NCBI GenBank assembly: GCA_965637545.1
Contig: OZ281498.1
Span: 18,228,001 to 18,292,000, forward strand
From: Phallusia mammillata
Lineage: Eukaryota
Length of the DNA: 64,000 nucleotides
Reading direction: 5' to 3'
Shown here: in pieces, positions 1 to 12,400 of the stretch
Layout: each line of letters opens with the position of its first letter
Position numbering within the stretch: the stretch's first letter is position 1
The notes under the pieces: model-generated
The model's database searches: none
Seen by the model: only the letters and a program-made list of their open reading frames with translations
What the model was told of the DNA's origin: nothing
Position numbers and translations under genes: made by a program

Positions 1-69
1 TATTGTACAAGTTTTGTACTTTATTGTATTTTTTTGCAGAAAAACAAATATAAGTGGAAAAGCGGTTAC

Positions 70-3000
70 CAATCGAACACATTCTTCCGATAAATCCACT
101 CAAACATTCGCAGTGGAAGTCACGCTTTCCAACATTCGAACAACTGCCACCATTGAGACATGGGTTGGGTTGACAACGATCCACTGAAATTTAACATTTT
201 TAGATACGAGTGATTAGGATTGTGCCTATTTAAATATAGGATACATAAACTTAACGTTCTCTTTTGACCAGATATTTATGTTATAATTTTACTTGTGTCA
301 AATTAAGTTATGTAATACAGTTAAGTTGACAAAAATGATAAAGATTTGGTACAATATGTTTTTACCTCTATTGCACTTGGATCCAACATATCCAGGAAGA
401 CAAAAACATTTTAATCCGCGCAAAGTGTTCAGGCAAGTTGCACCGTTGCCACAAAAATTGTTTTTGAATGCAGTTTCATCTGTTACATCAAAACAAAGTT
501 TAAACGTAAACGGCTATTGGGTGACCAATAAACTACCTGGTATATAGTAACATATTTGTTGGACATCAGACACTAATTGTATTGATAACTGTTCAAAAAT
601 GTGGTGCACGGATTGAACGTATAATAATTGTGTAATTATTATGCATTATGTTTTTTGGACACAGGCCAAAACAGAGACCTAATATTCAAATTATGTTTGA
701 AACATAATTCCAAATTTGATTTAGCTCATAAAACGACAACCTGGTTCATGAATGACTGATTGTTATTTGCAATTTTTAAATCAACTCTTACCAAAATATG
801 CTTTCCAATGCATCTTGACGGTAGGCTGACCCCAACCGAAATGCAAATCCGTCCTCCTGACCATAGCTTTAAATCCAAATCGTTTGACAACTATATCGGT
901 CACCTCAAAACGGTCGGGCAGTGTTTTGTTTCCAATAGCAATAGCAGTAATTTTTTCAGCCAACCCGCGGTGGCAACTTTCATAAGGTACTTTAATCGCC
1001 AACCTGTTGCTGTAGCCATAGTGACGAGTCACATTGTAACTGCCAGTCAGAATATCTGCAAAAATGCTAATATGGAAAAATGTACCAATCTTTTGCCATT
1101 ACTTTCTACATGTAGCACACATTTTTTGTTATCAAACTGAATGTGAATAAGACATACGCAAAGAACAGTCTTCGCCACCATATCCTTCGCTGCAAGAACA
1201 GTTGAATCCAGTGTCTGTATCAAGGCAAACACCGTTGTTTTTACATGGCATTGTGGAACAGTTGCGAATCTCTGAATACAGTAATGAAAAAAGCTTTTCG
1301 AGTTATCGAAGTTTTGCGAATTTTATCTTATTGAACCCACTTTCTTCACAGAACTCGCCCTTGTACTGCGAGGTACAGTTGCATACAAACTTGTTTTTGT
1401 GTATTATTGAACACTGAGCTCCATTTTTGCATGGATTGTTTGGAAAACCATCAGGAAGAAGAGAGTCTGTAAACAAAATAATCATTGTTTATCCACGGAT
1501 TATGTCCAAGCATTATGTAAGAAAAATATTAGAGAAACACCACTATGAGGATAAAAATATACCATTTTTGAAAATACCTGGATCAACAATACATCTTTCT
1601 CTACATTCTATTTTATTTCGTAAAAACATTTTATAAAATATCTAATACTTTAGAAGACTAAAAGAGTTTTAAATAGAACAGCAGTTAAATGTTGGATTAC
1701 AAAATATTCCATTTGATCACATTACTTACCAAAATAAGCGGTAAATTGAAGAGATAGACGATAAAACGCTCGGCGCACTACGTCGTTTGACGTACGACGT
1801 ACAGTAACGTCAAATCCGTTTCTGTGCACTTGCCTGAGATAAGGCGTGTAATTAAACGGCGAATTTCCCAGACTGATTAATTTCACAGCTACAGCTGTCG
1901 GCCTGCGGTTGTAGCATTCGTCAAAAATGAATGAGGCGTATTGATACCAAACTGATATGTCAACTTCAATGTGTCGTATACCGCTAATAAAACCTTTAAA
2001 TAATAACTAAATGTAATTGAATAACCTTGATTAAACTTAACCTATAAAGCAACAAGTGAAATATACATATACATATATAACAGCAATTGAAAATGCAACC
2101 TGCCTATTAACCCAATGTTTGTAACTATTTGAAGTAACAAAGCACTAAGTTTATAGACATGCTATACGTAAATCAATGTGAAAACAGCGCTAGTTATTTA
2201 GTTTATTGATAAAGTTATTATTCTATTTTGCGTTGTTTTGCATGCTTGTATTACTGTTGTGACTGGTAGCTTAATTGTTTAGCCCAGGGGCGTGCAACTG
2301 TTTATCGCGGTGGGCCACAACTTACAGTTAAAATAATGCTGAGGGCGAGACAACTAAGCAACATATACATTTTTTTAACAGCTTATTTAATAGCAAGGGG
2401 CACACAATCAAGTAACTCTTTGAGTACTCTTTGATCAATGGGATATGTGCTAACCGTTTCGTAGAATAAATCTCAATATATTTACTGCACCTATAAATCT
2501 TTTTACTGAATCATTAAAGGCTGTTCTTTCATAATGCACACGATGATGCAACAACGGGAATATGTCGTCACAGTAGATAAATCCTTATCACGGTGTGACG
2601 TTGTACAAATTTAAAATTGCCAGTGATGGTGTACAAATAGCAACATTACATGCTCTAACAGTAAAAAGTATTCATAATTGATAGAGTAATTTGAATGCGC
2701 GGGCCACGAAAATAGGTGCCGCGGGCCGTATATTGCACGCCTCTGGTTTAGCCTTTTTTACACTAAATTTTTTTGTGCTAATTTGCGCAACGGCGGTAGT
2801 ATATTTATTCATTATGCCACTGTTCAGCGTTTCATTTTATCAATGCTGACGATGCCAGAAGCTGTTGTTGAATAGCTAGACCAGCGGTTCCCAACCTTTG
2901 TGGTGCCGTGACCCCTTAAAACAGTTCCCAAGTTGCAGTGACCCCAACGATAAAATTAGCAGGCTTTATTGAATTTGCTTCTAAATATCGCGAACTTTAT

Positions 3001-6000
3001 TTCTCACTATACTTTCTTTTCCTAATACTTGCTTTCGATGCATCATTGACAGCCTGAAATTTTACTCATTAAATTTCAGTTTAGTTGACTATTAAGTTAT
3101 AATTAGAGGATAGTGATATTATCGCGAGAATACAAAACAAGTTGGCAGGTGACTTGGTGATTATGATATGTAAATGCAGTATTATTACGTAATAGAAGGC
3201 AATAATCAGCATTTTGTGAAAACAATTAAGTCTTCAAAAAAGAAAGATCCACCCCAACTGTAGTTATTAGTTTTCATACGAGTTAACAAACCATGGCGAA
3301 AGGCATGTTGATAACTGTTCTTTCGGTTTTTATTTGCTAAATTAGTCCACGGCTTAAAATGAGTTGGAAGCCATGGCCTTAGGGAGGCGACCCCAGGCAA
3401 ATTGTCAGGCGACCCCACTTGGGGTCGCGACCCACAGGTTGGGAACCGCTGAGCTAGACATTAAACATGTCTTCTTTTTATGGTAGGATATATGAATAAA
3501 TCAATGATATAAATAAATCTCATTTACACTTGTGCAAAGTGTGCTAACAAACTTATTTGTTTTCAATATGGGAAAGTAATTTGCTACCTTTTATCGTCAT
3601 CTGTAAAAAAATGTTAAAATAAGATATAATGTTAAAATGTGCTACTGGACAAAATCAGCGTTGGTTTGATAACTCCAACTCACTGATTTCACAGTTGCTT
3701 CCACCAAACCTTTCGGCACAATCACAACGATGGCCATATTTTGTATTCACACAAGTTCCCCCATTTTTACATGAATGACTTTGGCAATATAACATCTCTG
3801 CAAGGGACAAAATATCATCAAATTACAGTTTTTGTGTTTCATTTTAAACTAAAAGGCACAAACCTGTTTCGCACAATTTTCCTGTATATCGACCAGTACA
3901 GTTGCAAGTTACATTGTCTAAAGAGTTTGTACATTGGCCGCCGTTAGCGCAGGGATTTGCATCAACAGTGGTTACAGCATCTACAACAGAATTAAACAAT
4001 GGCGAATGAAAAGTACTCCAGAAGCCCCTACAACCACTGTTTCAGACCCATCATCTATTTTCTCCACTTGTAACAAAATTTATTTTACTTTGCACAACAT
4101 TTTCTTCTACTTAGTATAAATATAATTTCAATAAGACTGTTTGCACTAAACTAAAAAATACATTTGCAAAACTTACCAAAATATGCTTTCCAATCAACAA
4201 CAATATCAATAAGGTGCCATTCGATTCCTTCGCGTCTGGTTAGAGACGCAGTGAAACCACCTCTACGTATTTCTTGTACTTGGACATCCACAAAATTCGC
4301 AATTTGACCACGTATCGATAAATCAATCCTTGAAGCGTTGATTCGTTTACACGAGTTATAAACGATGACCAAATTCCTGGCGTTGGAAATCCATTCACTG
4401 TTATTTTCGAGTACTTCTTGACCATTTACGTATCCTTAAAACAAGTTCTTTTTTGTATTATTGACCTGCGTTTGATGTTTTTGCAAGATTGTTTAAAACT
4501 CTTAAACGACAAAACTTACAAACTTTGCAGCATAATTCTACTATGTACACAGTACAGAGTATTAGGAGCTGGTGTATTTGTGTTAATTCATTAAACTTAC
4601 CAACTGTGCAGTTTTGACCTGCCCAACCTTTAGGGCACTCACATGCGTAATTTGTTTCTGTTTCAATGCATTTCCCACGAGAACATGGAGAAGGGTAGCA
4701 ATACTTAAGTTCTGTAAAGAAAAAGTGATAAATCTGCCCTTAAATCTGATAAATCTGTCGAATAAACAGATAGATTTTGTACTTCAGAATAACCCACGCA
4801 AGTTTTCAAAACTGAAGTTTCGGTGTTTAACCCCGAACTTTCACTAATTCTATTAACCTAATTTGAAAACTTATTATCAATCCTTTTACAGTTTACTTTG
4901 GTTTCCTATTTTTCACTTTACGTTTTTTTGATATATTGTTTATTTTATGTTTTTTAGCCATTTCTTTTTTGCGCGTGCTTTTTATCTAATAACACCTAAA
5001 ACTGTTCATGTTTATGCTGCTTATGCTACGCGTTTTCTTCGTTTTTTAACCACTTCGCACGTTTAACATGAGAATATTTTTCTTCAGACACCCTACTACG
5101 AGGACAAAAGAAAATTAGAAACAAAAGTGCTCACGTTTGTCACAGAATTCTCCGGTATAGCCCGGCTCGCAGCGACATTTTCTTCCAGCCGGGCTATTTT
5201 TGCAGCCGTAGTAGTTTACACATGGCATCTGCAGAAAATCGTAAGAATCTGTGGGAGTAAAAGACATGTGGTTGCGTCACTTTTTAAGTGCTTTGTGTTA
5301 CCGGTGGCTTCATACGTTGACAAAAAGATTTATTGACACAAACTTTTTAATGAACTTTAGGATCACGGTTATTATTGTAAGTTTTGCTTGAACAAAAAGT
5401 GCCGACATTTTTTGCACGAAAAAAGTTTATGTTGTCAATTTAAAAAACGCGGTAGTAAAAGCAAGAAAAAAAAGTAATGTTGCAAACAATGTTCCTTACC
5501 AAATATTGCCCTATAATGGAGATCTACTCCAAATTGACCCCATCCGAAGTTAACGCGATCAGATCTCCAAACATTAACCTGAAATCCCCATGGATATATG
5601 CCGAGGACTGACGAGTTAAAAGTGTCAGGCAAAGAGCTAGACCCTGTAACAGTGGTATCCACTCGTATAGCTGTTCCCGTGTAACATCGATCGTAGGAAA
5701 TGTTCTTCACCAAATTAAAGGGCGGCTCAAACACATAGTGTGGTGGGAGTCTATAACTTACGTGAATTTCAGGTCCTAATTAGAAAAAAAATAGTTAGCA
5801 ATGGTAAGTATATATGTTTTGTTTGGATTTTTTTCGTTTTTTAGAACTAAATTTATGCTAAAACATTTTTGAAATGTAACTAAAAAAGGAACTTTGATGG
5901 TTGTTTTGCATTTTAGAATACTACAAGTTTGTCAGCATTGTGTTGGTAATTGCTTTATGAATTTTACTTCTTTAGTGAACAAAAAGAAAGTTATTTTGAG

Positions 6001-8449
6001 ACAAAGTGAGTGATGCAGGTAATTATAAGGAGAAATCTAAGTTTTGAACAAGTGTTTTATGAGACTTGTAATACTGACCACGTTCGCAAAATGTGCCTGT
6101 GAACCGCCCAGTGCATTGGCAATAAAAGTTTTTCTGAGTGTCGAAACACGTGCCGTTGTTTTGGCACGGGTTGGACGCACAAGCAGGAACGTCTGTAAAA
6201 AATAGAACGTCAGCAAAAGATAACAACTTTAAAAGGAATTCGCTAATTCTAAATCGCAAGAATACATGTAAAACGTGTACGTGATTTTTTGGCAATACGC
6301 ATGTAATTACTGAGTTACTGAAATAGACTTCAAAAGAAAACAAATATATAAAGCACTAAACTGCTAAACCGTACTTGTGTTTTGTTAAGTGTATTTAAAT
6401 TTTGTAATAACTTCTTTGTACGGCAATATTATAGAAGCTTATATTACACCCTTCCTTAGCTTTACACAAGTATTACACTTTCGTAAAAACTCTTTACGGA
6501 CAAAAACTTTTTGTTAAAACTTTTTTTAATTTTTGTGGTTTAAGTCAAGTATCTTACAATACTATTTCAGGAAGGTCTTATCTTACAAACTTCACAAAGT
6601 CTTCCAGTATATCTTTCTGAACAGGCACAAACAAATCCATCCACTGTATTCGTGCACGTTCCATCGTTCCAGCATGGATTGATATAAAAATAACGGGGTT
6701 CTGAGATAAGAAATCAGTTAAAATGAGATCTAATAAGGTGCAATTAGTCAATTTGAACCTACCAAAATACGCTTTCCATTTCAGAGATATACTGGATACA
6801 TTCTTGTTGTCATTTTGTTTACGAGGCAACTGCAGTTTGGCAACAAATCCCCACAAAAATATCTGAGTTACTTGAATATCCTCAAGACCGGATATATTGT
6901 TGCTTACTGAAACATCAACCTTACCAGCTTTTATTGCTTTGCAGTTGCTATATAATATTGTAACATTTTCATTTGTAGATGTGATCCTGTGAACATGTGT
7001 TTCCGTAATATATTCTGAAAGTAGATTCTAGTTTTGTTATATGTAATATATTGTTGGTGATCAACTTTCAAGAAAAGCGTGTTTTTTGTGTCCAAAGAGA
7101 ATTTTTGTAATCCATGAAGCTACTTACTAAACGTGCAGACGTTTCCAGCAAACCCGATAGGACACAAACATTTGTAGCCATTGGTCAGTTCAACACACGT
7201 ACCACCATTGTCGCAGGGATTTACCAGGCAATGTACAAGCCCTAAAAATATATGAACGGTGAACAAACCTACTGATTGTGGTTCGAAAACTTGCAAAGTT
7301 GCAAAATATGGGCTTGTGAGGAAATGTTTCCCTTTCAATTGCTTCCTGTCAACAAAGTGCACCAGTTGATTGAATTACTTGCTTCACAAACCAAAGTCCA
7401 AAAGCCAATGTGTGCAGCAACAATCTGTCTTAATAGTTGTTTGCTATGAACATCTTACGCGTTTCACAAAGTTTTCCTCCATATTGTGATGGACAGTTAC
7501 ATCTAATTCCACTTTTTTGATTAGTACATGACGCTTCTTGATAGCAGGGATTGGACTTGAAGTTTGATGAGTCTATACAAAAAAACAGCAACATGACATT
7601 AGAATGTCAACAACAATTAATGCGCGGAACACTATACACGGACTTGAAAAGTAATTTGATCATAAACATTACTGCCAGAGTATAAATGCGCTGCAGTAGG
7701 TTATTTAATTTGTGTTGTACATATTAACCACTTACATTTTAACTTGAAACCTGCAAGCATCAAACAAACTGTGTAATTCGTAGATAATTGTTCTAATCTA
7801 AACATTTGTATTGTTTCCTAATATTTATTCCATACCAAAGAATGCTTTCCATGAAAGAATGACCCCGTTTTGCCACCAGTCGCGTCTGGTTTGATCCGTT
7901 CTCTGCACAAGAACTTGGAACCCCCATTCGTAAATGTTAAGAATTGTGGCATTAAACGTATCAGGCCACCGCTTATCTCCTTGGATCTCAGCCTTAATTT
8001 GATTTGCGGTTCCATTAAAGCATTGTTCGTACACAACATCGACAATTTTCCTCTCAGAGTATCTGTTTGATCCCACCTGCTTTTCATCTCCCACCCAAGT
8101 TTCACCTAAAACAACAACATAACACTCTTATTATTTGTAGAATAAAGAAATAGTCAATCAGACAATGCAAAGGTATATTCAAAAACCCTAGTTTTTACGG
8201 CGTACACATTTGTGCAGATTGGCCTATAACGGCCTCTAATATTATGCCAGATAGCAAAATGGGGATTAAATGCTTAAAAGTTATGTAAAACGCACAGTAC
8301 GTACTATAGCCCTTCTAGTTTATTACTGTCCGCAACACACTTTACATAATTGATAAAGATTAGAAACAAGATTTTAACTTACCTATCTCGCCCTTGGAAG
8401 AAACAACTGCAGCAAACACAACAAACAATAACAAACTAACTTTAAACAT
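70..8449 (-). CDS. Gene A: secreted protein, signal peptide + 6x[D (H-type-lectin-like) domain + 5-Cys EGF + 6-Cys EGF]; 3' end runs off the window
   Basis: Exons read by hand with AG/GT sites, internal exons phase 1-1, in transcription order: SP 8383-8449 ([22 protein letters not shown]); D 7836-8105; EGF 7459-7572, 7128-7241; D 6763-7014; EGF 6587-6700, 6079-6192; D 5500-5775; EGF 5135-5248, 4601-4711; D 4177-4434; EGF 3864-3980, 3684-3797; D 1730-1993 (absent from the ORF track); EGF 1341-1466, 1158-1271; D 792-1055; EGF 366-479, 70-183. The short stop-codon exon seen in paralogs B-D is expected left of position 1. Confidence 0.88.
2285..2745. mobile_element. hAT-type MITE
   Basis: TIR CAGGGGCGTGCAA...TTGCACGCCTCTG; perfect 8-bp TSD GTTTAGCC at 2277-2284 and 2746-2753. 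Confidence 0.85.
2882..3451. mobile_element. hAT-type MITE
   Basis: TIR CAGCGGTTCCCAACCT...AGGTTGGGAACCGCTG; perfect 8-bp TSD AGCTAGAC at 2874-2881 and 3452-3459. Confidence 0.88.
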
Positions 8450-9409
8450 GTTGATTCCTCTGGCTTCTCTCAACACTGCTACAACAGCGATTTGAATTCA
8501 AGCCAGCAGCCTTTTTTCGTCATGCCCGAGAGCTCGCAAAGGTATGTTATCAAACTCAACCCCTGTTGGTAGTCTTATGGATGTGTTGCGTTCAGCATTG
8601 GATATTTTTGGATATTTGTGTTAATGACAAATCCATAGCAGAAGATATCATTTTCATGTCCAAACTATGTGCTTTCAAATCATGCGCAAAACACACACAT
8701 ACGTTTTTGAAAGCAAATTGATCAAAAAACATAACTTGCATCAGACAAGGTAATATAGTCCAAGCATTGGGTTTAACAGACTTGCTCACAGACAAACCCC
8801 CCCAAAAAAGTCAAATTACACACAGAAAAAAAAGTCAAATTACACACAGAACTGGACAGGCCGCTTGAATAGGATTTACTATAAATCAGGTGTTTACCTA
8901 CTACCACATTTTTTATGCCACCTATAAAAAAACGAAATCTTTAATCCTGTTGAATTAAGGGAGGTCTGCATCAGTAACAATACAGAAAAAAAATCTTGTT
9001 TTGAAATTGTTGGTTCTCTCATAAATATTTGCATAATATTTAAGATTTTTATTAACAAAATCGGAAATAGCATAACTGCAAGTCTCTCGATTTGTCAACG
9101 TCGGTTCTGTGATAAAAGTAATAATCTAACCGTGCATGTTAAAACCTTTGTTTCACCAAGAATATATTTTACCAACAACTCAATCGTCAATCTAACTGCT
9201 TTACCATTTGGACCTGTCTTTTTAACTAATTTGCAATGGATTAAAAAAATGTTACAATACAAGTCAGTAGGTATAAACAAGATACAATAATTTTCACATT
9301 ATTTAAGCGTAACAAAACAACTTCGTAGTAAAACAAATGTTACACGAAGAGTCAATTACGAAATTGGAAAGAAATACTTTCAATTGTTCTCTGATATAAG
9401 AATCGCTGA

Positions 9410-12400
9410 TTAAGCCAATGTGGAATTGCTGTTGGCTATTTTGACGATGTCTGAAAGTAAAAACAAAGTAATTATTGAAACAAATTTATTTTAATTTCAC
9501 GTTCAACTCAGGAAATATTAAGCCATAATACTAACAAAAGATAAAAAAAGTGTTACAGGATTATCAAAAACAAAAATAATGAGTATTTAAGTGGCTACCT
9601 ATTGAGCACTTCCGTCCGACAAAACCGCTCAAACATTTGCACTGAAAACGACGCTTGGTCAAATTCGTACAGTTTCCACCATTAAGACATGGATTGGGTT
9701 GACATAGGTCCACTAAAAATAAGAATGATTGTTAGCAACCATAAACCTGGCTTCGTAGACTTGCTAGATAACATAAACCTTTTCAAATCACGACTTGTTG
9801 CTGGAAAAACTAGCGAGCTTATTTACCATTTCTGCACTTAGATCCGATGTATCCAATATGACATAAACATTTTAATCCAGTCTCAGTGTTTTGACAAGTT
9901 CCACCATTGAAACAGAACTGCTCGTTTAAACCACTTTTATCTGTTAAAACCAATGACAAAAAGAATCAGAATATTTAATTGTAAGTTTAGCAGAAAATAC
10001 TTGAGTTTCATGAAAATTGTAATGGTTTAAAAGACTGTCTAAATTCGCATGTATGATTGAAATGTCTTTGTATAGACAACACATCCTTACCGAAATATGC
10101 TTTCCAATACACCTTTACTGTTGGTTGCTCCCAACCGAAGCGTCTATCTGTTCTTCTCACAGCAGCTTTGAATCCATATCTTTTGATTGTTATGTCAGTA
10201 ACCTCAAAACGATCACGTAGTGCTTTGTCGCCCAAGGCAAAAGCGGTAACTTTTTTCGCTGGTTTCATGTGGCACTTTTTATAAACTACTTTAATCGACT
10301 TTCTGTTGTTGCGACCATAATGTCGACCAACAGCATGTGTTCCGGTGACAATTCCTGCCGAAATAAAAATCAAATTTAAGATGGTGTAATATTTTCTACA
10401 TAAAGCTTCAAAGATTCCACGTAGTCAATAAAACTCGTAACACATTGCCTGAAATATAACCCGTTTTTTTGATGCAAATGTTTTTAACTAGACAAAATCA
10501 CTGTTTTGTGCTTATAGTGTTTGTGCGTTTGGTAATTTTGCCACGTTAATCTTAATAATGCAGCGATAAAATACAGTCAAATTGATAAAAGCTTTGAATT
10601 TTGCCACTAGTTAAAGACGGTCAATTTGTTTCCCCACTACATCTGTATCTATTCATTCAAGACAAAGAAAAATGTACTTGCAAACAAAACATACTTAAAG
10701 AACAGTCTTTGCCTCCGTAGCTTGCGGTGCAAAAACAATTGAATCCAGCGTTTGTTGCCATACACAAACCGCCATTCTTACATGGTTGTGTAGAGCAGTT
10801 GCGTATCTCTGAAACATGTTACAATGGACCCATGTAATTCGTTAGTTTCTAAATGCAGATTTTGTTTTACCTTCTTGACATAATTTGCCTTTGTATTTTG
10901 CAGTACAATTGCATGTAAAATCATGCATACTAATTATCGAACATTGAGCTCCATTCTGGCATGGGTTTGTTGCAAAGTCGCTTGAATCTAAGATGAACAA
11001 TTCTTAGCTTGAAATCTCTGCGATTAAAGCGTTTCTGTAGTGGTTAAAAAACTACGCAATGTTTCGATTAATGTATCTTGAGTATACTATAGTTGTATCA
11101 ATCTTTATCGATGATATCATTGTCTACATTTGGTGATCTGCCATATCTAGGTAGGGTACACAAGTTAATTTTTTTTCGATATAACATTTATATTTTGTCC
11201 AGCGTTTCCTTCTTTTCAAGTTTGTAGAGCTTTTCTGGCAAATGTAATGTTATTCCGACGTTTCGACGTCCTATACAGGTTGTCGTCATCAGGGTAAAGC
11301 TCTACAAATTTAATATTATGCCTGGCAGCAATAGCTTATATGTTTCCTTCTTTTATCTCCAAAACAATATTTTACCAAATCGAAGGGTCAGAGGGTTAGA
11401 TACTGTTCAATCGATTGATTCTAAGTTTGCCAAATAGAAATTGAAAATATGTTAGATTACTACCAAGGGCTAAATGAAAAAAAAAAGGTTTTTATAGGCC
11501 CCTCGAGATGAGTTTACACAAGATACCAATGAGGCTATAAATCAATTGAAATGGACACTTATGCGCAAATATTCTGATTTCTGATTTAAAGATGAAAACT
11601 ATCGATACCGATTAAACATTAATTCTGTAACATACAAATTAGAGCCCATCTATACATGACAACAGTGTTCGAAAGCGGCTCACAAACTGTCGCAAACCAG
11701 CTCTTGTTGACTTTACGGCCATTGCTTACAGATATGAATAATTGTTACAAAGTTATCTCATTACCGAAATGGGCCTTAAATCGAAGCGACAGACGTTCAT
11801 AATATCTGTCTGCTGCGCCATACGAACGATGGATAGCGACTTGAAATCCGTTCCTTTTCACCCAGTAAATTCGAGGTGTGTAGTCAAAAGGGTGATTTTC
11901 CAGATTGAACAATTCCAAAGCCACACTCCTTGGAACTTGGTTATAGCATTCGTCGAACACAAATGTCACATATTGAGTCCAGCTTTTTCTTTCAATCTCA
12001 AAATGGCGGATTCCGCTGACCACACCTCAGAGTGGAAATAATTACATTTTGCACATAAAATCTGTGTCTGCTGATACGTAGATCTTTGCATTAGAAAAAC
12101 TGGCCCCAGGAGTAAATATAGACGATGTATTTTACTTTAGACACATTAGTATTATTACCCTATATGTATGTTATTTTCGTCACATGTTAATTCTGTACAC
12201 TTTCTTCAGAAAATTGGTCAAAAACATTCAAATTAGCAAAATTATCAAACCAAATTTGTGACCAAAAAATAACTTGAATACAAAAAACACACAAAAAAGC
12301 AGCTTATATGCATATTTTTTGTAAACGAGTGCACGTATTGCATTTTGTGCAGTAAATTTTACTTCATATACTTCTTATTTTTAAAGTGATTACTTACTTA

